A stretch of 55,930 bases of DNA, taken from Clostridia bacterium (GTDB taxonomy: Bacteria; Bacillota; Sulfobacillia; RBS10-35; JADGHG01). The stretch covers positions 1-55,930 of the forward strand of contig JADGHG010000001.1 of the NCBI GenBank assembly GCA_019689585.1. Reading direction: 5' to 3'. A model generated the notes under the pieces. It was not told the DNA's origin and searched no databases. It worked only from the letters and a program-made list of their open reading frames with translations. Position numbers and translations under genes: made by a program. This document shows, in pieces, positions 1 through 7,241 of this stretch; the first letter of the stretch is position 1; every line of letters begins with the position of its first letter.

Positions 1-12
1 CCCCCTACGCCT

Positions 13-45
13 TCGTCGGCAGCGTCAGATGTGTATAAGCGACCG
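13..45 (+). other. Illumina Nextera/Tn5 adapter remnant (read-1 adapter plus 19-bp mosaic end) at the contig edge
   Basis: tcgtcggcagcgtcagatgtgtataag(c)gac(c)g matches TCGTCGGCAGCGTCAGATGTGTATAAGAGACAG at 31 of 33 positions. It lies 12 nt from the window start and is compositionally unlike the surrounding DNA. Confidence 0.85.
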
Positions 46-46
46 G

Positions 47-190
47 GTGGCGGGGCTCTCGGTGGAGATCGCGGGCGAGGCCGGGACGGCCGATGCCGTC
101 CGCGCCCTCCTCGCCCGGGAGGCCGGGCTTCCGCCGGAGGCGGTGCAGGTGAGGGCGGAGGCCGACGCGACGCGGGCGGCCTCGCGCTGA
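47..190 (+). CDS. spoIIIAF: stage III sporulation protein AF, C-terminal fragment (5' end lost at the contig edge)
   Basis: The frame ending at TGA 188-190 reads ..SVEIAGEAGTADAVRALLAREAGLPPEAVQVRAE... It sits directly upstream of spoIIIAG. Identification is mainly by synteny. Confidence 0.4.
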   Translation: MAGLSVEIAGEAGTADAVRALLAREAGLPPEAVQVRAEADATRAASR

Positions 191-248
191 GGGGCGCGAC
201 AGGGCAGTCGGAAGGCGTCGACCGACCCTCGGGAACGGAGGTCCTGAC

Positions 249-881
249 ATGCCGGAACTCGGACCGTGGCTCGAGCGCATCCCGCTTCGCGGCCGCTCGC
301 TACGCCTCGGGATGTGGCTTCTCGCGCTCGGCCTCTTCGGCCTCGCGCTCACCGTCGCCTCGCACGCCCTGGGCCCGCCCGCGCCGCCGACCGGCGCGAC
401 GGGGCTTCCGCCCGGGGTGTCCGCGACGGCAGGAACCGCCCCGGCCCAGGCGGGCGGCGGGGCTGGGCCCGACCCGATCCGTCAGGCGGAGGCGGCTCTC
501 GAGGCGAAGCTCGCCGCCGTGCTCTCCGAGGTGCGCGGCGCGGGACGCGTCTCGGTCGTCGTCACGCTCGCGGGAAGCGACGAGCTGACTTTCGCCCGCG
601 AGACGCAGACAAGCCGCGAGGAGAACGAGACGCGCGGCGCCGACGGGGCGCTTGAGACCTCCACGCAGGAGACGAGCGACGAGCGGCTCGCGCTCGTCCA
701 GTCGGGGGCGGGCGAGGCGCCCGTCCTCACGGAGGCCCGCATGCCCGAGGTCGAGGGCGTGCTCGTCGTGGCCGAGGGAGCGGGCGACCCGACGGTGCGC
801 GAGCTCCTGACGCGCGCCGTCGAGGTGGCGCTCGCCCTGCCGCGGAGCCGCATCCTCGTCGTCCCGGGAGGGGGGAAGTGA
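249..881 (+). CDS. spoIIIAG: stage III sporulation protein AG
   Basis: ATG 249 lies 8 nt after GGAGG (236-240). N-terminal TM helix, then the SpoIIIAG-type C-terminus PEVEGVLVVAEGAGDPTVRELLTRAVEVALALPRSRILVVP. Followed by spoIIIAH. Confidence 0.8.
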   Translation: MPELGPWLERIPLRGRSLRLGMWLLALGLFGLALTVASHALGPPAPPTGATGLPPGVSATAGTAPAQAGGGAGPDPIRQAEAALEAKLAAVLSEVRGAGRVSVVVTLAGSDELTFARETQTSREENETRGADGALETSTQETSDERLALVQSGAGEAPVLTEARMPEVEGVLVVAEGAGDPTVRELLTRAVEVALALPRSRILVVPGGGK

Positions 882-1465
882 AGGTGTACGTCGTGAAACG
901 GCCTCGGCCACTCCGGTTCCTTGTGCTCCTCGCGCTCGTCCTTTTGGCCCTGGCCTACCTCGCCGCCACCTGGCGCGTGGCGCGCGAGACGCTCGGCGGG
1001 CCGACGGCCGGCGCGCCCGCCGGGTCGGAGCCCGGCGTCCTCTCGCCGGGCGAGGTGCTCGTGCGCGGGGCGAGCGAGGCCGGCGGGGAGGCGTCTCTCC
1101 CCGCCCTCGCGCCCGCCGGCGACTTCTTCGTCGAAGCCCGGCTCGAGCGCGACCGCGAGCGCGCCGAGAAGGGCCGGATGCTGCAGGCGATCGTCGACGA
1201 CCCGCAGTCGACGGCACAAGCGCGCGAGGTGGCCGAATCGGAACTGGTCGAGCTTGCGCAGGCCGCGCTCGCCGAGGGCCAGGCCGAGGCCATCCTGAAG
1301 GCGAAGGGCTACAAGGACGCGCTCGTCATCCTCACCGGGAAGAGCGCCACGGTGGTGCTCCAGACGGCCGGCATCTCGGCCGCGGACGCGGCCGTCGCCG
1401 CCGACGCGGTCGCCCAGGCGGCCGGCCTGCCGCGGGAGGCGGTGAACGTCGTCGCGCACCCGTGA
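878..1465 (+). CDS. spoIIIAH: stage III sporulation protein AH
   Basis: GTG 878 overlaps the spoIIIAG stop (GTGA). TM anchor, FFVEARLERDRERAE, and AILKAKGYKDALVIL..ATVVLQ are typical of SpoIIIAH. Confidence 0.8.
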   Translation: MKVYVVKRPRPLRFLVLLALVLLALAYLAATWRVARETLGGPTAGAPAGSEPGVLSPGEVLVRGASEAGGEASLPALAPAGDFFVEARLERDRERAEKGRMLQAIVDDPQSTAQAREVAESELVELAQAALAEGQAEAILKAKGYKDALVILTGKSATVVLQTAGISAADAAVAADAVAQAAGLPREAVNVVAHP

Positions 1466-1483
1466 GGCCGGCGGAGGGGACCG

Positions 1484-1489
1484 TATAAT
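1484..1489 (+). promoter_or_regulatory. -10-like TATAAT hexamer 9 nt upstream of the asp23 ATG
   Basis: A perfect TATAAT in GC-rich intergenic DNA. No convincing -35. It would give a near-leaderless asp23 transcript. Confidence 0.25.
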
Positions 1490-1498
1490 GGACGGGAC

Positions 1499-1882
1499 AT
1501 GGACGAGGCGACGGAGGCGCCGGGCGGGTTCCGCATCTCCGAAGAGGTGGTGGCCGCGATCGCCGGGCTCGCCGCCTCCGAGGTGCCGGGCGTGGCCGGC
1601 CTTACGGGCGGCTTCGTCGGCGACATCACGGAGATGCTGGGCAAGCGCTCCTTCGGCCGCGGCGTGCGCGTCGAGCTCGGCACGCGCGAGGCCGCCATCG
1701 ACCTGTCGCTCGTCGTCCAGTACGGCATCTCGATCCCGGCCGTGGCGCAGGCGGTGCAGGAGCGCGTCAAGGCGGCGGTCGAGTCGATGACCGGCCTCGC
1801 GGTCGTCGAGGTGAACGTCCACGTGCGCGGCGTGAGCTTCGAGGGCGCCGAGCCCTCGGGGCGCGAGGTCCGCGTCCGCTGA
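1499..1882 (+). CDS. Asp23/Gls24 family envelope stress (alkaline shock) protein
   Basis: ISEEVVAAIAGLAASEVPGVAGL...GVRVELGTREAAIDLSLVVQYGISIPAVAQAVQERVKAAVESMTGLAVVEVNVHV is the Asp23 family pattern. ATG 1499 is the first in-frame start after the upstream stop. Confidence 0.85.
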   Translation: MDEATEAPGGFRISEEVVAAIAGLAASEVPGVAGLTGGFVGDITEMLGKRSFGRGVRVELGTREAAIDLSLVVQYGISIPAVAQAVQERVKAAVESMTGLAVVEVNVHVRGVSFEGAEPSGREVRVR

Positions 1883-1907
1883 CGCCCGGACGAGGGAGGG
1901 CCGCAGG

Positions 1908-2447
1908 GTGGGCCTCGTCGACCGCGTGATCCTGACGATCTACACCTTTGCGCTCGCCTTCATCTCGCTCCTGAGCGTGCTCCTCTCGCTCGGCTGGGAG
2001 GAGCCCGAGCGCGCCCTGCGCCTCGCCATGACGACCCAGAGCGGCCGGGTCGCCGTCGGCCTCGCCGGACTCGTCTTCTTCGCCGTCAGCGTGCGGCTCC
2101 TCTACTTCGCCTTCCACCGGCCGAACCGCGCGCGCGCCGTCGTGCACCAGGCGGAGCTCGGGGAGGTGCGCGTGAGCCTCGAGGCCGTCGAGAGCCTCAT
2201 CAGCCGGGTGGCCCGCGGGGTGAAGGGCGTGCGCGAGGCGCGTCCGCACGTGCGGCCGGCCGAGGGCGGGCTGGATGTGCGCCTCGTCGCCGCGGTGAGC
2301 CCCGACGTGAACATCCCCGAGCTCTCGCGCCACCTTCAGGAGGAGATCGCGCGCTACGTCCGGAACGTCGTCGGCGTGGCGGTGACGAACGTCGACACGT
2401 TCGTCGAGAACATCACGAGCGAGTCGCGCCGGGCGCGGGTGGAGTAG
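1908..2447 (+). CDS. amaP: alkaline shock response membrane anchor protein AmaP
   Basis: GTG 1908 lies 7 nt after GAGGGAGGG. Two N-terminal TM helices, then an Asp23-like domain (GEVRVSLEAVESLISRVA...VRNVVGVAVTNVDTFVENI). The position after asp23 is canonical. Confidence 0.7.
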   Translation: MGLVDRVILTIYTFALAFISLLSVLLSLGWEEPERALRLAMTTQSGRVAVGLAGLVFFAVSVRLLYFAFHRPNRARAVVHQAELGEVRVSLEAVESLISRVARGVKGVREARPHVRPAEGGLDVRLVAAVSPDVNIPELSRHLQEEIARYVRNVVGVAVTNVDTFVENITSESRRARVE

Positions 2448-2450
2448 CCG

Positions 2451-2678
2451 GTGGACCGACAGGCCTGGCAGGAGCTCCTCTCCCGGCACCGCGGCAAGCT
2501 GGTCGGCGCCCTCATCGGCCTCGCGTTCGCGCTCATGACGATCTGGCTCGGCCTCTGGTGGACGCTCTTCGTCTGGGGCTGCGTCCTGCTCGGCTACCTC
2601 GCCGGCAAGCACCTCGACGACGAGGACGCGACGGTCGCCGACGTGCTCGACCGACTCCTGCCGCCGGGCCGGCGCTAG
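2451..2678 (+). CDS. DUF2273-type small integral membrane protein
   Basis: 75 aa with RHRGKLVGALIGLAFALMTIWLGLWWTLFVWGCVLLGYLAG (two TM helices). This is the usual third gene of asp23-amaP clusters. Confidence 0.6.
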   Translation: MDRQAWQELLSRHRGKLVGALIGLAFALMTIWLGLWWTLFVWGCVLLGYLAGKHLDDEDATVADVLDRLLPPGRR

Positions 2679-2694
2679 GTCCCGCGGAAGGGGA

Positions 2695-3135
2695 GTGAGG
2701 CCGTTGGGCGGGGACCCGCCCGTCGACCGGCACAAGGCGCGCGAGATCGCCATGAAGGCGCTCTACCAGCTCGACGTCGGGGGAGGCGACCCCTTCGAAG
2801 CCGTCTCGTACCTCGCCTTGGACGACGGGGCGGCGGAGGCGACGCGCGCCCTGGCCGAGCGCATCGTCGAAGGGGTCATGGCGCATCGCGCCGAGATCGA
2901 CCGGCACATCTCCCTCCGCTCGCGCGACTGGCGGCTCGAGCGCATCGCCCCCGTCGACCGCAACATCCTGCGCATCGCCGTCTGGGAGCTCTGCCACCGG
3001 CCGGACGTGCCGGCCCCGGTCGCCATCGACGAGGCCGTGGAGCTCGCGAAGACGTACGGCGGGCAGGACTCGAGCCGGTTCGTGAACGGGATCCTCGGCC
3101 AGCTGGCGCGCGCGCTCGCGGAGTCGGAGACGTGA
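2695..3135 (+). CDS. nusB: transcription antitermination factor NusB
   Basis: KAREIAMKALYQLDV...RLERIAPVDRNILRIAVWEL...PAPVAIDEAVELAKTYGGQDSSRFVNGILG. TTG 2704 is better spaced from the GGAAGGGGAG SD than GTG 2695, so the start is uncertain by 9 nt. Confidence 0.9.
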   Translation: MRPLGGDPPVDRHKAREIAMKALYQLDVGGGDPFEAVSYLALDDGAAEATRALAERIVEGVMAHRAEIDRHISLRSRDWRLERIAPVDRNILRIAVWELCHRPDVPAPVAIDEAVELAKTYGGQDSSRFVNGILGQLARALAESET

Positions 3136-3989
3136 CGGCGAAGGCGCTTCCCGGCCGACCGGCGGCCGAGGCGGCGCTCGCCGAGGTGCGGGCGCGGCTC
3201 GCGCGCCGGGCCGCCCGGGGGTTCCCTCCGCCTGAGCTCGCGATCGTCTGGGTCGGCGACGACGCGGCGAGCGCCAGCTACATCCGCGCGAAGGAGCGGG
3301 CCGCCCGGGCGCTCGGCGTCGCCTCCCGCCTCGTGCGCCTTCCCGCGACGGCGGGCGAGGCGGAGATCGCGGGCCTCGTCCGTCGGCTGTCCGAGGACCC
3401 GTCCGTCGACGGCGTGCTCGTCCAGGCCCCGCTGCCCGCGGGCGTCGACCTCGAGCGCGTCGTGGCCGCCCTCGACCCGGGCAAGGACGTCGACGGCTTC
3501 CACCCGGAGAACGCCGGGCGGCTCTTCCGGGGCCGCCCGGCCGTCGTGCCCTGCACGCCCCGCGGGATCATGGAGCTTCTGCGGCACTACGGGATCGCGG
3601 TGCGCGGCCGGCGCGCCGTCGTCCTCGGGCGCAGCAACCTCGTCGGCCGGCCGCTCGCCGCGCTGCTCGAGCAGGCGGACGCCACGGTCACCCTCTGTCA
3701 TTCGAAGACGGAGGGTCTGGCGGAGGTCGCGCGCGAGGGCGAGATCCTGGTCGCGGCCGTCGGCCGGCCGGGGTTCGTCACGAGCGGCATGGTGCGCCCG
3801 GGCGCCGTCGTCGTCGACGTCGGCGTGTCGAGGGTGGGAGGCCGGCTCGCGGGCGACGTGGCGGCCGAGGTGGCCGAGGTGGCGGGGGCGCTCACGCCCG
3901 TCCCGGGCGGCGTGGGGCCCATGACGGTCGCCATGCTGATGAGGAACGTCGTCGAGCTCGCCGAGGCGCGACGGGGGGCGACGGCGTGA
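3132..3989 (+). CDS. folD: bifunctional methylenetetrahydrofolate dehydrogenase/cyclohydrolase FolD
   Basis: ASYIRAKERAA, GVLVQAPLP, DVDGFHPENAGRL, PCTPRGIMELL, VVLGRSNLVGRPLA, PVPGGVGPMTVAMLMRN. GTGA overlap with nusB. Confidence 0.95.
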   Translation: MTAKALPGRPAAEAALAEVRARLARRAARGFPPPELAIVWVGDDAASASYIRAKERAARALGVASRLVRLPATAGEAEIAGLVRRLSEDPSVDGVLVQAPLPAGVDLERVVAALDPGKDVDGFHPENAGRLFRGRPAVVPCTPRGIMELLRHYGIAVRGRRAVVLGRSNLVGRPLAALLEQADATVTLCHSKTEGLAEVAREGEILVAAVGRPGFVTSGMVRPGAVVVDVGVSRVGGRLAGDVAAEVAEVAGALTPVPGGVGPMTVAMLMRNVVELAEARRGATA

Positions 3990-5248
3990 GCCTGCCGCCC
4001 GGGCGCGCGCTCACTGTGAGCCAGCTGACGGCGCGCGTGAAGGCGGCCGTCGAGGGCGCACCCGAACTGCGCGACGTGTGGGTCGAAGGCGAGATCTCGA
4101 ACTACAAGCACCACCCGTCGGGACACCGGTACTTCTCGCTGAAGGACGAGGGGTCGGTCGTGCGCGCCGTCCTCTTCGAGCGGGCGGCGCGCGAACAGGC
4201 GGGAGCCTACGGCCCCCTGCCGGCCGAGCTCGGCGACGGGCTGCGCGTCCTCGCCCACGGCTACGTCGGCGTCTTCCCCCGGGCCGGCCAGTACCAGCTC
4301 TACGTCGACGCCCTCCTGCCCGCCGGCGTGGGCAGCCTGCACCAGGCGTTCGAACAACTCAAGGCCAAGCTCCAGGCCGAGGGCCTCTTCGCCGCCGACC
4401 GCAAGCGCCCGCTGCCCTTCCTGCCGCGGCGGCTCGGGGTCGTGACCTCGCCCTCGGGTGCGGCCGTGCGCGACGTCATCCGCGTGGCGCGGCGGCGCTT
4501 CCCCGGGATCCGGATCCTCGTCGTGCCGGTCCTCGTGCAGGGCCCGGGCGCGCCTGAGGACATCGTGCGGGGGCTCGCCTGGGCCAACCGTCCGGAACTC
4601 GGCCTCGACGTCATCATCCTCGGGCGGGGCGGCGGTTCCCTCGAGGAGCTCTGGGCCTTCAACGACGAGCGCGTCGTGCGCGCCGTGGCCGCCTCGCGGG
4701 TGCCCGTCGTGGCGGCCGTCGGCCACGAGACGGACGTGACGCTCGTCGACTTCGCCGCGGACGTGCGAGCGCCCACCCCGTCGGCCGGGGCCGAGCTCGC
4801 CGTCCCGGACGTGCCCGCGCTGCGAAGCCACGTCGACCGCCTCACGGGCCGCCTCGCGCAGGCCTTGCGCCGGCGCGTGCGGGAGGACCGGCGCCGGCTG
4901 GAGCTTTTGCGGGCGAGGCTCCCGGTGCGGCGGCCGCTTCCCCCGATCGCCCACGGCCGGCAGGCGCTCGACGACCTCCGGTCGCGCCTTCAGAGGGCCT
5001 GGGCGCTCCGCCTGGCCCGGGGGCGAGAGCGCCTCTCGTCGGCCGCCGGCCGGCTCGAGGCGCTCTCGCCCGTCGCCGTCCTCCGGCGCGGCTACGCCGT
5101 CGCTCGGCGGCCGGACGGGCGCGTCCTCCGGCGGGCTGGGGACGCGACGGTCGGCGACCGGGTCGAGGTGATCCTCGCCGAGGGCGGTCTCGACTGCGAG
5201 GTGCGCGCGATCGGGGCGGGGCTCGACCCGGCCCCGCGCGTCGACTGA
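3986..5248 (+). CDS. xseA: exodeoxyribonuclease VII large subunit
   Basis: VWVEGEISNYKHHPSGHRYFSLKDE, LGVVTSPSGAAVRDV, RGGGSLEELWAFNDE, GHETDVTLVDFAADVRAPTPSAGAE. GTGA overlap with folD. Confidence 0.95.
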   Translation: MSLPPGRALTVSQLTARVKAAVEGAPELRDVWVEGEISNYKHHPSGHRYFSLKDEGSVVRAVLFERAAREQAGAYGPLPAELGDGLRVLAHGYVGVFPRAGQYQLYVDALLPAGVGSLHQAFEQLKAKLQAEGLFAADRKRPLPFLPRRLGVVTSPSGAAVRDVIRVARRRFPGIRILVVPVLVQGPGAPEDIVRGLAWANRPELGLDVIILGRGGGSLEELWAFNDERVVRAVAASRVPVVAAVGHETDVTLVDFAADVRAPTPSAGAELAVPDVPALRSHVDRLTGRLAQALRRRVREDRRRLELLRARLPVRRPLPPIAHGRQALDDLRSRLQRAWALRLARGRERLSSAAGRLEALSPVAVLRRGYAVARRPDGRVLRRAGDATVGDRVEVILAEGGLDCEVRAIGAGLDPAPRVD

Positions 5249-5262
5249 AGGGAGGGGCGGCC

Positions 5263-5523
5263 GTGGAGCGGCCAGTGGGCGAAGCGCCGGAGCCGCGCTT
5301 CGAGGAGGCGATCGCCGAGCTGGAAGCCGTCGTCGCGCGGCTTGAGGGGGGCGACCTGGACCTCGAGGAGGCGCTCCGCCTCTTCCAGCGCGGCATGGAG
5401 CTCGCGCGGCTGTGCGCGCGCCAGCTCGACTCCGCCGAGAAACGGGTCGAGATGCTGATCGCGGAAGCGGGCGGCGAGCCGGTCGTGAAGCCGTTCGAGG
5501 ACGGGGAGGGCGCGCGCGCGTGA
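5263..5523 (+). CDS. xseB: exodeoxyribonuclease VII small subunit
   Basis: FEEAIAELEAVVARLEGGDLDLEEALRLFQRGMELARLC. GTG 5263 follows GAAGGGAGGGG. Confidence 0.9.
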   Translation: MERPVGEAPEPRFEEAIAELEAVVARLEGGDLDLEEALRLFQRGMELARLCARQLDSAEKRVEMLIAEAGGEPVVKPFEDGEGARA

Positions 5524-6470
5524 TCGCCGCGCCCCGGCCGGCGCCCGCCTTCCTCGCGGCCTGCGCCCGCGAAGTCGAACGCGAGCTCCGCCGCCGGGCA
5601 CCCTGGGCGGCGGCCGGTGCACCGGGCGCGGGCGGGGCAGGCGCGGCGGCCTCGGAGTCCCCGGGCTGCCCCGAGCGGCTCGCCGCCGCGATCGAGCTCG
5701 CCCTCTTCGGCGGAGGCAAGCGCGTGCGCCCGGCGATCGTCCTCGGCGCGTGGGAGGCGGCCGGCGGCGCCCCGGGAACGCGGCCCGCCGCCCTCTCGGC
5801 CGCCTGCGCCGTCGAGTGCGTGCACGCGTACTCGCTCGTCCACGACGACCTCCCCGCCATGGACGACGCCGAGCTCCGGCACGGCCGGCCGGCCGTGCAC
5901 CGGGCCTACGGCGAGGCCACGGCCGTGCTGGCGGGCGACGCGCTACAAGCTCTCGCCTTCGAGGTCCTCGCCGCGGCCCCCTGGCCCGATCCGGCGGCGG
6001 GGCTCGCGGCCGTCCGCGCCCTCGCCGAGGCGTGCGGCGCGCGGGGGCTGGTAGGCGGTCAGGAGGACGACCTCCACGCGCGCGGGGCCGATGCGGCCGC
6101 GCTGCTCTCGCTTTACGGCCGCAAGACGGGCGCGCTCTTCCGGGCCTCGGCGCGCCTTGGCGGGCTCGCGGCCGGCGCCGGGCCCGAGGCGCTCGCGGCG
6201 CTCGAGGCGTTCGCCGACGCGTTCGGCCTCGCCTACCAGGCGGTCGACGACGCGCTCGACGTGACGGGCCTACCGGGCGAGACGGGAAAGGACGCCCGGC
6301 GCGACGAGGAGCTCGGCCGGCCGACGCTCGCCTCGCTTCTCGGCGTCGAGGGCGCGCTCGCGCTTGCGCGGCGCAAGGCCGAAGAGGCGGCGGGCGCGCT
6401 TCGGCCCTTCGGCGCGCGCGGCCGCCACCTGCGCCAGCTCGCCGCATGGGCCGTCGCGCGCTCGTCCTGA
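5520..6470 (+). CDS. ispA: polyprenyl (farnesyl/geranylgeranyl) diphosphate synthase
   Basis: The first and second Asp-rich motifs, HAYSLVHDDLPAMDD and GLAYQAVDDALD, are present. GTG 5520 overlaps the xseB stop (GTGA). The longer ORF from 5412 is an upstream frame extension. Confidence 0.85.
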   Translation: MIAAPRPAPAFLAACAREVERELRRRAPWAAAGAPGAGGAGAAASESPGCPERLAAAIELALFGGGKRVRPAIVLGAWEAAGGAPGTRPAALSAACAVECVHAYSLVHDDLPAMDDAELRHGRPAVHRAYGEATAVLAGDALQALAFEVLAAAPWPDPAAGLAAVRALAEACGARGLVGGQEDDLHARGADAAALLSLYGRKTGALFRASARLGGLAAGAGPEALAALEAFADAFGLAYQAVDDALDVTGLPGETGKDARRDEELGRPTLASLLGVEGALALARRKAEEAAGALRPFGARGRHLRQLAAWAVARSS

Positions 6471-6499
6471 ACACGCGGCGGCTCGCTCCGCCAGGCGTC

Positions 6500-6528
6500 T
6501 TGCGCGCAAGGTCGAGATCGCGTACGAT
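6500..6528 (+). promoter_or_regulatory. sigma-A-type promoter, TTGCGC-17 nt-TACGAT
   Basis: -35 at 6500-6505 and -10 at 6523-6528 with exactly 17-nt spacing, 30 nt after the ispA stop. The predicted transcription start is near 6535. Confidence 0.4.
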
Positions 6529-6534
6529 CTATTG

Positions 6535-7175
6535 CCCGCGTGTACCGCGGCCTGACAACCGATCTTGCACGGGTGGCGCAGTATCCTAGTCGCCCGACCG
6601 CGCCTGAAGGCGGGCCTAAAAATCCGTCGAAGGGCACAGCGATGAAGTTCCTGGCGCCGGCTTGCGACGCCCAGTCGCGGGTCGGTGCTGGGAGTTAAGA
6701 GGGCGGGGCGACCCGCAACGGCATGCGGGCGTGGACCCTGCCCTCGCGGAGGCCCGCGCTCTTGGCGCGCCGCCTTCGGGCGGCCGCTAGGACGCGGGGA
6801 CGAACCTGCATGCGGTCGAACCCTGTGTGCAGCGTAGCCTGCCCTGCGTGGGCGCGGTGGAATCCGGGTTCGTGCCGTCGGCGCGGGGCCCAGCGCTGGC
6901 GGCATCTGCCGGGGAAACCGCGCCTGCAAAAAGGGCTAGGGCGCGCGTCCGGGCGCCGGGGAAATCCCCTAGGCTGTTCCCGACCTCAGGGAGTCCGGGC
7001 GGGGATTACGGTGCGCGCTAAGTGGCAATCCAGTCCCGCGCGCGGCGACGGCGCGGCGGCGCCGTAAAGGGAAACCGCCGGGGCGGCGACGCCCCGGAGG
7101 CGCCGGGGAAAGCCTGCTGGACCTGAAGCCGCAATGTTTACCCGTCCGGTGCCACCCGTGCCCACTTTTGCGAGC
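6535..7175 (+). ncRNA. ole: candidate OLE (ornate, large, extremophilic) RNA, about 640 nt; boundaries approximate
   Basis: No credible ORF across 770 nt. Dense GC helices with tetraloops (C(UUCG)G hairpin 6769-6784; CCCGCA/TGCGGG 6712-6729) alternate with A/U-rich islands. It has its own promoter. The ispA-[RNA]-dxs position is the known OLE locus. The sequence was not compared to a covariance model. Confidence 0.55.
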
Positions 7176-7176
7176 C

Positions 7177-7210
7177 TCGGCCCGCGGGAGACGAGAACCC
7201 CGCGGGCCGA
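7177..7210 (+). terminator. 12-bp GC stem-loop without a U-tract (possible 3' end or processing hairpin before dxs)
   Basis: tcGGCCCGCGGG-agacgagaac-CCCGCGGGCCga. It lies 19 nt upstream of the dxs SD (GGAGGA 7229-7234). Confidence 0.3.
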
Positions 7211-7241
7211 CGCGTTACACTGGCCTGCGGAGGATGGGCCG

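Noticed and set aside
1488-1790. 100-aa ORF with a well-spaced SD (GGAGGGGA, 7 nt) upstream of its ATG
   Set aside because: It is out of frame with asp23 and encodes an Arg/Ser/Pro-rich sequence. The overlapping frame gives a textbook Asp23 protein.
3698-5860. 720-aa ORF on the - strand, and similar long antisense ORFs (for example 482-1822, 7215-9032, 17177-18892, 32986-35331, 39207-41573, 48342-50765)
   Set aside because: They are antisense to well-supported genes. Their composition is dominated by Arg/Ala/Gly/Pro/Glu/Asp with no recognisable motifs. Open antisense frames are expected when stop codons are rare.
6723-7067. 114-aa ORF (and the 64-aa ORF at 6827-7021) inside the ispA-dxs gap, considered as a possible oapA
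   Set aside because: Both are Arg/Ala-rich, with no transmembrane segments and no SD. OapA is a multi-TM membrane protein, so neither qualifies.
6535-7175. RNase P RNA, tmRNA or a cobalamin riboswitch as the identity of the structured gap
   Set aside because: Only isolated look-alikes were seen: gggagtccgggc versus GGAAAGUCCGGGC, and ggtggaatccggg versus the B12-box region. The other universally conserved blocks of those RNAs (for example ACAGAACCCGGCUUA, or a tRNA-like 3' end with CCA) were not found, and the genomic context does not fit.
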